Source: Sphingomonadales bacterium
GTDB lineage: Bacteria > Pseudomonadota > Alphaproteobacteria > Sphingomonadales > Sphingomonadaceae
Assembly (NCBI GenBank): GCA_038244345.1
Contig: JBBRTO010000002.1
Coordinates: 2,949-66,948, forward strand
Direction: 5' to 3'
DNA: 64,000 nucleotides
How positions within the stretch are numbered: the first letter of the stretch is position 1; each line of letters begins with the position of its first letter. A program made the translations under genes and the position numbers. The notes below the pieces were generated by a model. That model ran no database searches and was not told the origin of the DNA. It saw nothing but the letters and a program-made list of their open reading frames with translations. Of the stretch, positions 1 to 9,851 are shown piece after piece.

Positions 1-789
1 GAGGCTGGCGGCTTCGACCTCGACGATTATATCGATTATCTCATCGAGTTCCTCGGCGCGATCGGGCCCAATGCCCATATGCTCGCCGTCTGCCAGCCGG
101 CGGTCCCGGCGCTCGCCGCGGTGGCGCTGATGAACGCCGACAAGAACCCTGCAACGCCGAAGAGCCTGACGATGATGGGTGGGCCGATCGATACGCGCCA
201 GGCGCCGACTGCGGTCAATACGCTGGCGACCGAACGACCCCACGCATGGTTCCAGCGCAACGTCATCGCCACCGTGCCGATGATCTATCCGGGCACCGGG
301 CGAAAGGTCTATCCGGGCTTCCTCCAGCTCGCCGGCTTTATGACGATGAACCTTGGCAGCCACCTGGTTTCACATTGGGAGATGTTCAAGCATCTCGTCG
401 TCGGCGACGAGGAAAGCGCCGATTCGACGCGCGATTTCTACGCCGAATATCGCTCGGTCGCCGACATGGCGGCGGAATTTTATCTGCAGACGATCGACGT
501 GGTGTTCCAGCGCCATCTGCTGCCCAAGGGCGAAATGATGCACCGCGGGCGCAAGGTCGATCCGGCGGCGATCACCCGCACCGCGCTGCTGGCGATCGAG
601 GGCGAGCGCGACGATATTTCGGGGCTCGGCCAGACCAAAGCGGCGCTCGATCTGGCGACCAAGCTCAAGGCCGACAAGAAGATTTACTATTTGGCCAAGG
701 ATGTCGGCCATTACGGCATCTTCAACGGCCGCAAATGGCGCGAGCGGATCGCCCCGGTGGTCGAGAAATTCATCGCCGCGAACGGCTGA
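1..789 (+). CDS. phaZ: Intracellular polyhydroxyalkanoate depolymerase (5'-truncated by window edge)
   Basis: Frame open from base 1 (EAGGFDLDDYIDYL...); AVCQP catalytic-Cys box, GGPID, YPGFLQL, EGERDDIS, GHYGIF motifs. Confidence 0.9.
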   Translation, partial: EAGGFDLDDYIDYLIEFLGAIGPNAHMLAVCQPAVPALAAVALMNADKNPATPKSLTMMGGPIDTRQAPTAVNTLATERPHAWFQRNVIATVPMIYPGTGRKVYPGFLQLAGFMTMNLGSHLVSHWEMFKHLVVGDEESADSTRDFYAEYRSVADMAAEFYLQTIDVVFQRHLLPKGEMMHRGRKVDPAAITRTALLAIEGERDDISGLGQTKAALDLATKLKADKKIYYLAKDVGHYGIFNGRKWRERIAPVVEKFIAANG

Positions 790-836
790 TATCGAATCAC
801 TTGAAATTTCCGGACATGAAGCCTATGTGATTCGCG

Positions 837-886
837 TGCGGGCCGGGCCCCTCTGACGATCCTGATGATCGTGATGTCGGACCGCA
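837..886 (+). ncRNA. Structured cis-regulatory RNA candidate, copy 1 (sul1-motif-like)
   Basis: P1 837-846/877-886, P2 ACGATC/GATCGT, internal loop GCCCCTCTG/GATG identical to copy at 1485; lies upstream of the DUF465 gene. Confidence 0.65.
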
Positions 887-973
887 TCGAGTGCGCTCGA
901 TGCTTTGGGGTCCGTGGTTCCGTTCGATCCCCATCTTCAAACGCCCTCGTCACTCACGTGAATGGAGGAGCAT

Positions 974-1150
974 ATGAACGCCTTGTTACACCGGTTGAGC
1001 ATGCTGCATCGCAAGCTCGACGAGGAAATCCGTCGCGAACTGTCGCAGCGTTTTCCCAATTCCATCAAATTGCTTCGGCTGAAGAAACTGAAGCTGCTGG
1101 CTAAGGACCGGATGTACCGTCACTACAATCGTCGCCGGGGGATCGCCTGA
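974..1150 (+). CDS. YdcH/DUF465 family small coiled-coil protein
   Basis: GGAGGAG RBS before ATG 974; LHRKLDEEI...LKKLKLLAKD signature. Confidence 0.8.
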   Translation: MNALLHRLSMLHRKLDEEIRRELSQRFPNSIKLLRLKKLKLLAKDRMYRHYNRRRGIA

Positions 1151-1437
1151 TGCGCAGCGAAAATCAGGTGGCGGCGATGGCCTGCCCGGTGTGCCGCACC
1201 GCACTCGCAATGTCCGAGCGGCAGGGGGTGGAAATCGATTATTGCCCCACCTGCCGCGGGGTGTGGCTGGATCGCGGCGAAATCGACAAGATCGTCGAGC
1301 GCAGCGCGGCAGAACCCGTGCGCGCCGCTTCGCCGCCGCCACGCGGCGTCAGCGACAGCTGGCGGCCGGACCGAGATGACGACCATTATCGTCATTCCAA
1401 GCGCAAAAAGTCGTTCCTGTCGGAAATGTTCGACTGA
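1150..1437 (+). CDS. zf-TFIIB-type zinc-ribbon protein
   Basis: CPVC...IDYCPTCRGVWLDRGE; C-terminal KRKKSFLSEMFD; TGATG coupling to upstream gene. Confidence 0.85.
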   Translation: MRSENQVAAMACPVCRTALAMSERQGVEIDYCPTCRGVWLDRGEIDKIVERSAAEPVRAASPPPRGVSDSWRPDRDDDHYRHSKRKKSFLSEMFD

Positions 1438-1441
1438 CCTC

Positions 1442-1478
1442 CGGGGGCGGCGGCGCTTGCGCTTGCCGCCCCGATTTT
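1442..1478 (+). terminator. Putative rho-independent terminator
   Basis: GGGGCGGC...GCCGCCCC stem followed by ATTTT directly after stop at 1437. Confidence 0.5.
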
Positions 1479-1484
1479 AGAGAG

Positions 1485-1527
1485 GATCCGGGCCCCTCTG
1501 GCGACTGACAAGTCGTGATGTCGGATC
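1485..1527 (+). ncRNA. Structured cis-regulatory RNA candidate, copy 2 (sul1-motif-like)
   Basis: P1 GATCCGG/TCGGATC, P2 GCGACT/AGTCGT, same internal loop as copy 1; 45 nt upstream of terC ATG. Confidence 0.7.
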
Positions 1528-1572
1528 GATTATCCGCCGCTCCCAGCGGGATCAAATGATTGGATTCGACCG

Positions 1573-2565
1573 ATGGAATTTCTGTTTCTTGACTGGCTCG
1601 GCACACCGCTGTGGATGTGGCTGTCGTTCCTCGCGATCGTCGTCACCCTGCTCGTGCTCGATCTTGGTGTGCTGCATCGCAAGCAGCGCGAGATCGGGGT
1701 GCGCGAAAGCCTCGCTTTGTCGGCCTTCTATATCACGCTCGGCCTCGGCTTCGGCGGCTGGGTCTACTGGTATCTGGGCGAAACCGCCGGGCTCCAGTTC
1801 GTCACCGGTTTCGTCATCGAAAAGAGCCTGGCGATGGACAATGTGTTCGTCATCGCGATGATCTTTTCCTATTTCTCGGTGCCGCGTCTTTACCAGCACC
1901 GCGTGCTGTTCTGGGGCATCCTCGGGGTGATCGTCCTGCGCGCGATCATGATCGGGCTGGGCGCGACGCTGGTCGAGCAGTTCCACTGGATGCTGTACCT
2001 GTTCGCGGCCTTCCTGATCTTTACCGGGATCAAGATGTGGCGGATGGCCGAGCAAGATTATGATGTCGGCTCGAGCGGCGCGCTGGCCTTCCTTCGCCGC
2101 CACCTGCCGGTCACCGAAAATTTCCATGGTGAGCGCTTTGTCGTCCGTCAGGCTGATCCAAAGACCGGCAAGCTGCGCTGGTTGGCGACGCCGCTGTTCC
2201 TCGCGCTGGCGATGGTCGAGGTGGTCGACGTGGTGTTCGCGGTCGACAGCGTTCCGGCGATCTTCGCGATCACCACCGACCCGTTTCTGGTTTACACCTC
2301 GAACATCTTCGCGATCCTCGGGCTTCGAGCGCTCTATTTCGCGCTTGCGGCGATGGTTCACCGCTTCCACTATCTCAAATATGCGCTCGCCGTGCTATTG
2401 GTGTTCATCGGTTCCAAGATCTTCGTCGCCGACATGTTCGGTCTGGCCAAGATCCCGCCGTCGCTATCGCTCGGTATCACCTTCGCCATCCTTGCCGCCG
2501 GGGTCGGCTGGTCGCTTTGGAAAACCCGCCAAGTCGAGCAACCGATCAGCCGTTCTTCATCCTGA
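1573..2565 (+). CDS. TerC/Alx family metal homeostasis membrane protein
   Basis: EKSLAMDNVFV, QHRVLFWGILG, DVVFAVDSVPAIFA, FAILGLRALYF motifs; multiple TM helices. Confidence 0.93.
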   Translation: MEFLFLDWLGTPLWMWLSFLAIVVTLLVLDLGVLHRKQREIGVRESLALSAFYITLGLGFGGWVYWYLGETAGLQFVTGFVIEKSLAMDNVFVIAMIFSYFSVPRLYQHRVLFWGILGVIVLRAIMIGLGATLVEQFHWMLYLFAAFLIFTGIKMWRMAEQDYDVGSSGALAFLRRHLPVTENFHGERFVVRQADPKTGKLRWLATPLFLALAMVEVVDVVFAVDSVPAIFAITTDPFLVYTSNIFAILGLRALYFALAAMVHRFHYLKYALAVLLVFIGSKIFVADMFGLAKIPPSLSLGITFAILAAGVGWSLWKTRQVEQPISRSSS

Positions 2566-3937
2566 CATTGCCGACCAGCAGCAGCGCCGCCGCGCTGGCG
2601 GCGACGGCGGCGATTGCAGAGCCGATCAGCGATAAATGAAAGCCGGCGATGAGCGCGTCGCCGTCGCGCGACAGGACCGCCCCGAGCATCGCGGTGGCGA
2701 TCAGCCCGCCTGTCCGCGCCACTGCGCTGTTGAAGCCCGAGGCGGTGCCGACATGCTTTTCGTCGACCGAGCCAAGCACCGAGCTGGTGAGCGGCGCGAC
2801 CGCCAGCGCCATCCCGGCCGCCATCACCACCATCGCCGGGAACACCGCCGTCCAATAATCGGCATCGGCGCCGATGCGGCGGGCGAGCAGCATCCCCGCG
2901 GCGACCACCAGCGGCCCGGCGGTCAATAGCCAGCGCGGGCCGATGCGGGCGGCGAGCTGGCCCATCGGCGGCGAGGCGAGGGTGAGCACGATCGGCAGCG
3001 GGAGCATCGCCATCCCCGCCTGAACTGGCGAATAATGGGCTGCCGAAATCAGCACGTAGGGGATCAGCAGCATCGCCGCGCCGAACGCGCCGTAGAGCAG
3101 GAAGGTCATCAGGTTGAGGCCGGTGAAGCAGCGGTCGGCGAACATCGTGAGCGGCATCATCGCTCTCTCGCCGCGCCGCGCTTCGACCCACAGGAACAAC
3201 CCGAGCAAGGTGAGACCTCCGACGACCGTGGCGATGGCGATTGGCTCGAGATGGTTCGAGGACGACCAGCGGGTCAGGCCATAGGTCGCGCCGAGCAGCC
3301 CCAGCGTGGCGAGCAAGGCGCCGGGATAATCAGTGCGGGCGGCGCCCTTGTCCTCGCTTTCGCTGACGAACAGGAGCGCGAGCAGGATCGCGCCGGCGGC
3401 AAGCGGCAGGTTGATGAAGAAAATCGACGGCCAGCCGACATGGTCGACCAGCCAGCCGCCGATCAACGGCGCAATCGCGGCCGCGGCCGCGCCCGCGGCG
3501 GCCCAGATACCGACCGCGCGGCCACGCTGTTCACCCTGGAATGCGGCGTTGAGCAGGGCGAGGCTGTTGGGCAGCAGTAACGCCGCGCCGACGCCTTGCA
3601 CGGCGCGCGCGGCGAGTAGCATGTTGAGGCTTGGGGCAAGCGCGCAAGCGAGGCTTGCGGCGGCGAACAGTCCAGTGCCGGTCAGCAGTAGCAGGCGCCG
3701 TCCATAATGATCGCCGAGCGCGCCGCCGAGCAGCAGCAGCGCCGACAGCGGCAGGAGGTAGGCGTTGACCACCCATTGCACGTCCGCCGCTCCGGCGCGG
3801 TAGCTGGCGCGAATCGCAGGCAAGGCGACGTTGAGTACGCTGCCCTCGACGAACGACAGGCTGGAGGCGAGCACGCAGGCGGCGAGCGTCCAGCGCGGAT
3901 CGTGGCGCGGTCTCGCCCGGGAGCGCGCGGCGCTCAC
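2546..3937 (-). CDS. DHA2-type MFS transporter
   Basis: About 14 hydrophobic segments, GALGDHYGRR motif A, WPSIFFINLP; GTG start overlaps upstream stop (GTGA). Confidence 0.88.
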   Translation of the reverse strand: MSAARSRARPRHDPRWTLAACVLASSLSFVEGSVLNVALPAIRASYRAGAADVQWVVNAYLLPLSALLLLGGALGDHYGRRLLLLTGTGLFAAASLACALAPSLNMLLAARAVQGVGAALLLPNSLALLNAAFQGEQRGRAVGIWAAAGAAAAAIAPLIGGWLVDHVGWPSIFFINLPLAAGAILLALLFVSESEDKGAARTDYPGALLATLGLLGATYGLTRWSSSNHLEPIAIATVVGGLTLLGLFLWVEARRGERAMMPLTMFADRCFTGLNLMTFLLYGAFGAAMLLIPYVLISAAHYSPVQAGMAMLPLPIVLTLASPPMGQLAARIGPRWLLTAGPLVVAAGMLLARRIGADADYWTAVFPAMVVMAAGMALAVAPLTSSVLGSVDEKHVGTASGFNSAVARTGGLIATAMLGAVLSRDGDALIAGFHLSLIGSAIAAVAASAAALLLVGNVRMKNG

Positions 3938-4194
3938 GCGTGGTCGGCGCCAGCGCTGTCGAGGGCGGCGCGGACCATCGCCGACCACGTCTCGGTATCA
4001 CCGGCGGCAGCCATGACCGGATCGGGTTCGCGAAGTTCGTGGATCACCGCCAGCGCCTGTCCGCGATACTCGTGCCAGGCGTCATCGACCTTGCCGCTCG
4101 CCGAAGCTTCGTCGCCGCGCGCATTGCTGCTCAGCGCGTAACCGGCGAGGACGCGCGCAATCCGCTCGGGGAGCAAGGTGTGGGCTTCGGGCAT
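3934..4194 (-). CDS. Hypothetical protein (86 aa)
   Basis: AGGAG RBS; operon position between DUF4126 and MFS genes. Confidence 0.7.
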   Translation of the reverse strand: MPEAHTLLPERIARVLAGYALSSNARGDEASASGKVDDAWHEYRGQALAVIHELREPDPVMAAAGDTETWSAMVRAALDSAGADHA

Positions 4195-4213
4195 CGATTT
4201 CTCCTTTGGACGG

Positions 4214-4855
4214 TCAGGCGGTCGGTGCAGTTGGCGGCGGGGTGACGTCTTTCATCGGGCGCGGCGGTGGGCTGAGATGGTCCATCAGCCGCCTGATCGC
4301 GCGGCGCGCCTTATAGGCCAGCCAGAGCGACAGGAAGACCAGGATCGCGGCGATGATCGCGGCCGCGATCGGGTTGGCGATGGCGAGCGCGAGCAGGCCA
4401 CCGGTTGCGACATCCTCCATCGTCGAGACGGCGATGTTGGAATAGGGTTCGGGGCTGGCGTTGACGAGGGTTCGCGCGCCGGCCTTGCCGGCATGCGCGA
4501 TCGCCGCCGCGCCGCCGCCCAGGAGGAAGCTCGCCACCTGCCACGCCGGATCGGCGCTATCGATGATCGCAAGGCTCAGGAGCGCGCCGCCGAGCGGGCG
4601 GATGAAGCTGTGCACCGCATCCCACACGCTATCGACCCAGGCGATCTTGTCGGCGAAGAATTCGGCAAAGGTCCCGACCGCCGCAGCGCCGATCACCCAA
4701 TTGTTGGTGAGGATGTCGAGTGACTGCAATTGATCGGGCAGCGCGATGTAGCCGAACTTCATCGCCAGCCCGGTGACGAGCGTAACGAGGTACAGTCGCC
4801 ATCCGGCAAGCAGGCTAGTCGAGGCGGCAAGCGCGGTGAGTTCGATCGGGCTCAT
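4214..4855 (-). CDS. DUF4126 family membrane protein
   Basis: AGWRLY, EFFADKIAWVDSVWD, RPLGGA, SPEPYSNIAVSTMED motifs; start MSPIEL. Confidence 0.85.
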   Translation of the reverse strand: MSPIELTALAASTSLLAGWRLYLVTLVTGLAMKFGYIALPDQLQSLDILTNNWVIGAAAVGTFAEFFADKIAWVDSVWDAVHSFIRPLGGALLSLAIIDSADPAWQVASFLLGGGAAAIAHAGKAGARTLVNASPEPYSNIAVSTMEDVATGGLLALAIANPIAAAIIAAILVFLSLWLAYKARRAIRRLMDHLSPPPRPMKDVTPPPTAPTA

Positions 4856-4926
4856 TGGGGGCTCCCTGTGCGCCCGCGAACCTAGAGGCTCGTGACAAAA
4901 GGACAAGGAGGCGGCAGGACGTTTGA

Positions 4927-5823
4927 ATGACCGACCTCGACGATTTGGCGCGACGGGCGACGAGCGACGGTGCAGCGGCGCTGGCGCTGGCCGAGGCGCG
5001 GCTGATGGGTGACGGCGGAGCGCCCGATGCGGCGGCGGCGCTGGCGCTTGTCGAGCAGGCCGCCTGGCTTGGCAATACCGATGCGCGACGGGCGTTGGTC
5101 TATATGACCGGCGCCGGGATCGGGCTGGCGGCGGATCGCGAGGCGGCGCGGGCGATGCTCGCCGAGCTGGCGGGCGAGGACCGGTTCGCGGCGGTCCAGC
5201 TGGCGTTTCTCGACCATGTCACCTGCCATCGGCGGCTGGCGGATGTCGCGCCTGAAATACTGTTGGACGATCCGCGGATCACCATCCATCGCGGGCTCTT
5301 CAGCGCTGCCGAATGTCGCTATCTGACGTTGCTCGGAACGCCGTGGCTCGAGCGGGCGATGGTGATCGACGAGGCGTCGGGCGCCGGGGTGATCGATGCC
5401 ATTCGCGACGCCGACACGTCGAGCTTCCCGCCACTGGCCGAGGATCTGGTGGTGCAGCAGATCAACGCCTGCATCGCTGCCGCGAGCGGCACCGACAAGG
5501 GGTGGGGCGAGCCGCTAACCATCTTGCGTTACGAACCCGGCCAGCAATATCGCCCGCACCATGACGCCGGCGGGGCGGTTGATGCGCTGCGACACTGGAC
5601 CGCGCTGATCTGGCTCAACGAGGATTATGACGGTGGCGAAACCGATTTCCCCGATGTCGGCGTGCGGGTGAAGGGCGCGGTCGGCGACATGCTGCTGTTT
5701 CACAACGTCACTGCGGAGGGGATGCCCGATCAGCGGATGATCCACGCCGGGTTGCCAGTGACGAGCGGGGTCAAGTGGATGGCGAGCCGCTGGATCCGGG
5801 GCGTGAAATATCTGAAGGGGTGA
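4927..5823 (+). CDS. Prolyl-4-hydroxylase-like 2OG-Fe(II) oxygenase with N-terminal Sel1-like helices
   Basis: LRYEPGQQYRPHHD (HxD), GGETDFP, HAGLPVTSGVKW. Confidence 0.85.
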   Translation: MTDLDDLARRATSDGAAALALAEARLMGDGGAPDAAAALALVEQAAWLGNTDARRALVYMTGAGIGLAADREAARAMLAELAGEDRFAAVQLAFLDHVTCHRRLADVAPEILLDDPRITIHRGLFSAAECRYLTLLGTPWLERAMVIDEASGAGVIDAIRDADTSSFPPLAEDLVVQQINACIAAASGTDKGWGEPLTILRYEPGQQYRPHHDAGGAVDALRHWTALIWLNEDYDGGETDFPDVGVRVKGAVGDMLLFHNVTAEGMPDQRMIHAGLPVTSGVKWMASRWIRGVKYLKG

Positions 5824-5841
5824 GGGAGCTGGTTCGCAAGA

Positions 5842-5892
5842 CCCCTCCATCAGCCTGCGGCTGCCACTTCCCCATCGAACACGATGGAGAGG
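5842..5892. repeat. REP-like double-hairpin intergenic repeat
   Basis: CCCCTCCA + CAGCC/GGCTG hairpin + CCCCATCG/CGATGGAG hairpin; same architecture at 22647. Confidence 0.55.
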
Positions 5893-5903
5893 GACTTTTC
5901 GAC

Positions 5904-7088
5904 TTACAGCACCTCGAACAGCCCAGCCGCGCCCATGCCGCCGCCGATGCACATGGTGGTGACGACGTAGCGCGCGCCGCGGCGCTTGCCTTCGATCAGG
6001 GCGTGGCCGGTGAGGCGCGCGCCGCTCATGCCATAGGGATGGCCGATCGAGATCGCGCCGCCGTCGACGTTCAAGAGTTCGTCAGGAATGCCGAGCTTGT
6101 CGCGGCAGTAAAGCACCTGCACCGCGAACGCCTCATTCAATTCCCACAGGCCGATGTCACCGATCTTGAGGCTGAACCGCTCGAGCAACTTGGGTACCGC
6201 GAACACCGGGCCAATGCCCATTTCGTCGGGTTCGGTGCCCGCCACCGCCATGCCGACATAGCGGCCAAGCGGGGCGAGGCCGCGCTTCTCCGCAAGAGCG
6301 GCTTCCATGATGATGCAGGCCGAAGAGCCGTCGCTTAGCTGGCTCGCATTGCCGGCGGTGATGTGGGTGTCCGGGCCCAGCACCGGATTGAGCGCGGCCA
6401 GATTTTCATAGGTTGTCGAGGGGCGGTTGCCTTCGTCCTTGTCGAGCGTGATCTCGTGCATCGAGACTTCGCCGCTGTCCTTGTCCTTGACGCCCATCGT
6501 CGTCGTCACCGGGACGATTTCCGCTGCGAAGCGGCCCTCGGCCTGGGCGGCCGCAGTGCGCTGCTGCGAGCGCAACGCATATTCGTCCTGCGCCTCCCGG
6601 CCGATGCCATAGCGGCGCGCCACTGTCTCGGCGGTCTGCAACATCGGCATGTAGACATTCTTGTGCATGGCGATCAGCGACGGGTCGCCGCCGATCCGCA
6701 TTTCCGGAGTCTGGACCATGCTGATCGAATCCTGGCCACCGGCCGCGACGATATCCATGCGATCGGTAATCACCTGCTTGGCCGCCGTGGCGATCGCCAT
6801 CAGCCCAGATGCGCACTGGCGGTCGATAGTCTGGCCCGAAACCCCGACCGGGCAACCCGCGCGAAGGGCGACCTGGCGGCCGATGTTGCCGGCCTGGACT
6901 CCCTGGGTCAGCACGCAGCCCCACACGACATCGTCAATCTCCCCCGCCTCAATCCCCGCGCGGTCGATTGCCGGGGCCAGCGACAGCGCGCCCAGCGTTG
7001 CGCCCGGGGTGACGTTGAACGCACCCTTGTAGGCGCGGCCGATCGGGGTGCGGGCGGTTGAGACGATGACGGCGTCGCGTGCGGACAT
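5904..7088 (-). CDS. Acetyl-CoA C-acyltransferase (thiolase)
   Basis: [27 protein letters not shown] catalytic motifs; start MSARDAV. Confidence 0.95.
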   Translation of the reverse strand: MSARDAVIVSTARTPIGRAYKGAFNVTPGATLGALSLAPAIDRAGIEAGEIDDVVWGCVLTQGVQAGNIGRQVALRAGCPVGVSGQTIDRQCASGLMAIATAAKQVITDRMDIVAAGGQDSISMVQTPEMRIGGDPSLIAMHKNVYMPMLQTAETVARRYGIGREAQDEYALRSQQRTAAAQAEGRFAAEIVPVTTTMGVKDKDSGEVSMHEITLDKDEGNRPSTTYENLAALNPVLGPDTHITAGNASQLSDGSSACIIMEAALAEKRGLAPLGRYVGMAVAGTEPDEMGIGPVFAVPKLLERFSLKIGDIGLWELNEAFAVQVLYCRDKLGIPDELLNVDGGAISIGHPYGMSGARLTGHALIEGKRRGARYVVTTMCIGGGMGAAGLFEVL

Positions 7089-7098
7089 GGATATTCTC

Positions 7099-7554
7099 CT
7101 AGGTGAAAATGAGGCCGAGCCACTCGGCGGTGAGGGCGGGTTTGAGTTCGCCCTCGATCTCGACCGTGACATGATGCTTGAACAAAGTCTGCCCGGGCGC
7201 CTTGTCGTCGATCGAGACAAGCGTGAAATGGCCCCGGACTCGTTTGCCGGCGCGGACCGGGGCGATGAACCGCACCCGGTCGAGCCCGTAATTGACCGCC
7301 ATCTTGGTGGTCTCGGGGAGCTGCATAGCGTCGGCGGCCATGCGTGACAGCAGCGACAGCGAAAGGAAGCCGTGGGCGATGGTCCCGCCGAACGGAGTCT
7401 GCGCGGCAAGGGCGGGATCGATGTGGATGAACTGGCGGTCTTCGGTGGTGTCGGCGAATGCGTCGATGCGGGCCTGGTCGACCATGATCCAGTCGGACGA
7501 GCCGATCAGCTGGCCGATCGAGCCGCAGATTTGATCGAGGGTGGCGATGGGCAT
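7099..7554 (-). CDS. MaoC family dehydratase
   Basis: DRQFIHID...[18 protein letters not shown]. Confidence 0.92.
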   Translation of the reverse strand: MPIATLDQICGSIGQLIGSSDWIMVDQARIDAFADTTEDRQFIHIDPALAAQTPFGGTIAHGFLSLSLLSRMAADAMQLPETTKMAVNYGLDRVRFIAPVRAGKRVRGHFTLVSIDDKAPGQTLFKHHVTVEIEGELKPALTAEWLGLIFT

Positions 7555-7625
7555 GGTGCCGGGTCTAGGCGCGCCGGGAAGCGCCTGACAAGCCCCGCGC
7601 AAGTGACGCTACGGCAGGCGCAGAT

Positions 7626-8735
7626 TTAGCGCTCCGACGGGGCGGGAACGACGGGATAGGGCATCACCAGCGTGCCATCGGGGGCGGCGGTGAAAGCGAT
7701 CTGGGTGGGGGCGGCGAAAGCGATGCCCTCGGCGGCGAAACGAGTGATTAGCGCGAGCATGATCGTGGACTTGTCCGCCGCCAGTCGGTCGGCGTCGAGG
7801 GTTCGATTGTCGAATATCAGCTCATGGTCGATGCTCGACGGCGCAAAGCCGGTCATCCCGCAGCGGACGTATTTGCACCCCTTGCACCCCTCGACCGCCT
7901 CGCACGCCATGTCGGGCAGGCGCGCCAGAGCCTCGGGCGCGGCAGCGTAGGCGACCCCGAACTGCAAGGTCGTGCGGCGCGAGCGGCCGTCGGCGAGATT
8001 GTGAATCTCGCGCTCGAGCAATTTGGTGTTGGCCATGATGATCTGCTCGCCCGACAGCGAGCGCATCCGGGTGGTCTTGAGCCCGATCCGCTCGACCGTT
8101 CCGACGCTATTATCGAAGCGGATCGTGTCGCCACGGCGGAACGGGCGGTCGAACAAAATCGCCAGCGCGGCGAACAAATCGGAGAAGACGCCTTGAGCGG
8201 CGAGGCCGATGGCAATTCCGCCGATTCCCAGCCCGGCGACGAGCGCAGTGACGTTGACCCCGAGATTGTCGAGAATGAAGACGATCGCCAGCGCGAACAA
8301 GGCAACGCTGACCAGGACGCGGATGATCGAGGTGGCGTTGCCCAGCGTGGTCTCGCCGGGATTTTCGCCGACCCGGCGCGCGATCATCCCGAGGATCAGT
8401 TCGCGCGCCCAGATTGCGCCCTGCAGCGCGAAGGCGATGGTGAAGGCGATGTCGATCAGATGCTGGGCGCGCGGGGGCGGCATCGCATAGCTTGCGACCA
8501 TGTCGATCGCGGCGGCGACCATGAACAGGATGGTGGTCCGCGCCAGCACTCGACCGGCGACGCTTCGCCAGCCGATATGTGTCGCCTCGCTCTCGCTCGC
8601 CACCATCCGCCGGCCGATCGCGCGCGCGATCAGCATCAGCCCGACGAGCCCGAGCGCGACGAGCGAGCCGAGCAGGGCCTGGTCGCGGTTGGCAATCAGC
8701 CAGTCGATGACGGCTTGCGGTTGCGGGTTTCTCAC
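7626..8735 (-). CDS. Small-conductance mechanosensitive channel (MscS family)
   Basis: AGLGIGGIAIGLAAQ, DRPFRRGD, GTVERIGLKTT. Confidence 0.92.
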   Translation of the reverse strand: MRNPQPQAVIDWLIANRDQALLGSLVALGLVGLMLIARAIGRRMVASESEATHIGWRSVAGRVLARTTILFMVAAAIDMVASYAMPPPRAQHLIDIAFTIAFALQGAIWARELILGMIARRVGENPGETTLGNATSIIRVLVSVALFALAIVFILDNLGVNVTALVAGLGIGGIAIGLAAQGVFSDLFAALAILFDRPFRRGDTIRFDNSVGTVERIGLKTTRMRSLSGEQIIMANTKLLEREIHNLADGRSRRTTLQFGVAYAAAPEALARLPDMACEAVEGCKGCKYVRCGMTGFAPSSIDHELIFDNRTLDADRLAADKSTIMLALITRFAAEGIAFAAPTQIAFTAAPDGTLVMPYPVVPAPSER

Positions 8736-8777
8736 CCCCGGGGAATGGCGGAGGTGGAGCGGAGGATCAAGACCAAG

Positions 8778-9776
8778 CTAGCCCGCCGCTTTCTTCCCTC
8801 GCGGTTTCTTGCTGAGGAATTTCAGGAACGCGGTCTCGGTGCTCGACAGGCGGCGCCGCGCGCGGGGGCGGGTCATGCCGCGCAAGGGATCGTCGGGTCG
8901 GTCCTTGAGCGCGTCGATCAATGCCGGGTGGACATAGCTTTTGCGGCTCATCGTCACCGTATTGCCGAGTGCTTCGGCGACCGGCTCGATCATCGACTTG
9001 ACGCTAAGTCTTCGGGCGTCGTCCTTGGCCAGCAATTGTTCGAACGCGATCACGCTCGCGCCCCAGGTGCGGAAATGCTTGGCGGTGAAATCGCCGCCCG
9101 AGGAATCGCGGATGTAGGCGTTGACGTCAGAGCTGCTGATCGCACTCGGCTCGCCGTCCTCGCCGAGATATTGGAACAGCATCTGGCCGGGCAGTTCCTG
9201 GCACTTCGCGACAATCCGCTTCAGGCTGGAGTCGGTGATCGTCGCTTCGTGAACGATGCCGTGCTTGCCAGTGTAGCGAAGCTTCATCCGGCCGTTCTGC
9301 TTGCGGACGTGGCGCGAGCGCAGGGTCGACAGGCCGAAGCTCTTGTTGGCCCGCGCATATTGTTCGTTGCCGATGCGCATATGCTCGGTGTCGAGCAAGC
9401 GGACGACCGCGGCGAGTACCTGGTCGCGGCCCAGGCTGTGGCGCTTTAAATCCTGCTCGACCCGCTTGCGAATTTTGGGCAGCGCCTCGCCGAACTCGCG
9501 GCAGCCGGCATATTTGGAGGCATCCCGTTTGGCGCGATAGTCGGCGTGATAGCGATATTGCTTGCGGCCGCGGGCATCGATGCCGGTGGCTTGGATGTGG
9601 CCATTGTCAGCCTTGCAGAACCAGGCGTCGGTATAGGCCGGTGGCAGGGCGAGCGAATTGAGGCGATCGATCTCGTCGCGGTCGGTAATTCGCTTGTCGC
9701 CGTCGAAATAGGCCCACGCGCCGCCCTTGCGCTGGCGCGTATAACCCGGTTCGCTATCGGATGAATGACGCAACAT
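8778..9776 (-). CDS. DNA topoisomerase IB (bacterial/poxvirus-like)
   Basis: GIDARGRKQYRYH, RIGNEQY, GKHG, AKHFRTW, LGNT..SRKSYVHP (catalytic Tyr). Confidence 0.93.
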   Translation of the reverse strand: MLRHSSDSEPGYTRQRKGGAWAYFDGDKRITDRDEIDRLNSLALPPAYTDAWFCKADNGHIQATGIDARGRKQYRYHADYRAKRDASKYAGCREFGEALPKIRKRVEQDLKRHSLGRDQVLAAVVRLLDTEHMRIGNEQYARANKSFGLSTLRSRHVRKQNGRMKLRYTGKHGIVHEATITDSSLKRIVAKCQELPGQMLFQYLGEDGEPSAISSSDVNAYIRDSSGGDFTAKHFRTWGASVIAFEQLLAKDDARRLSVKSMIEPVAEALGNTVTMSRKSYVHPALIDALKDRPDDPLRGMTRPRARRRLSSTETAFLKFLSKKPRGKKAAG

Positions 9777-9851
9777 GTCGCGGAGCCCTTCGTTTGGGGC
9801 AACAAATGGCGAGCGCCCCGGTTGTTCCCGATACGAAAGGATTAGTGGCAG

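Noticed and set aside
1438-1572. yybP-ykoY manganese riboswitch upstream of terC
   Set aside because: The expected four-way junction and conserved loops were not recognisable; a different short motif is present.
7824-9449. 541-aa plus-strand ORF
   Set aside because: Antisense shadow of mscS and topoisomerase IB; no motifs; typical of high-GC DNA.
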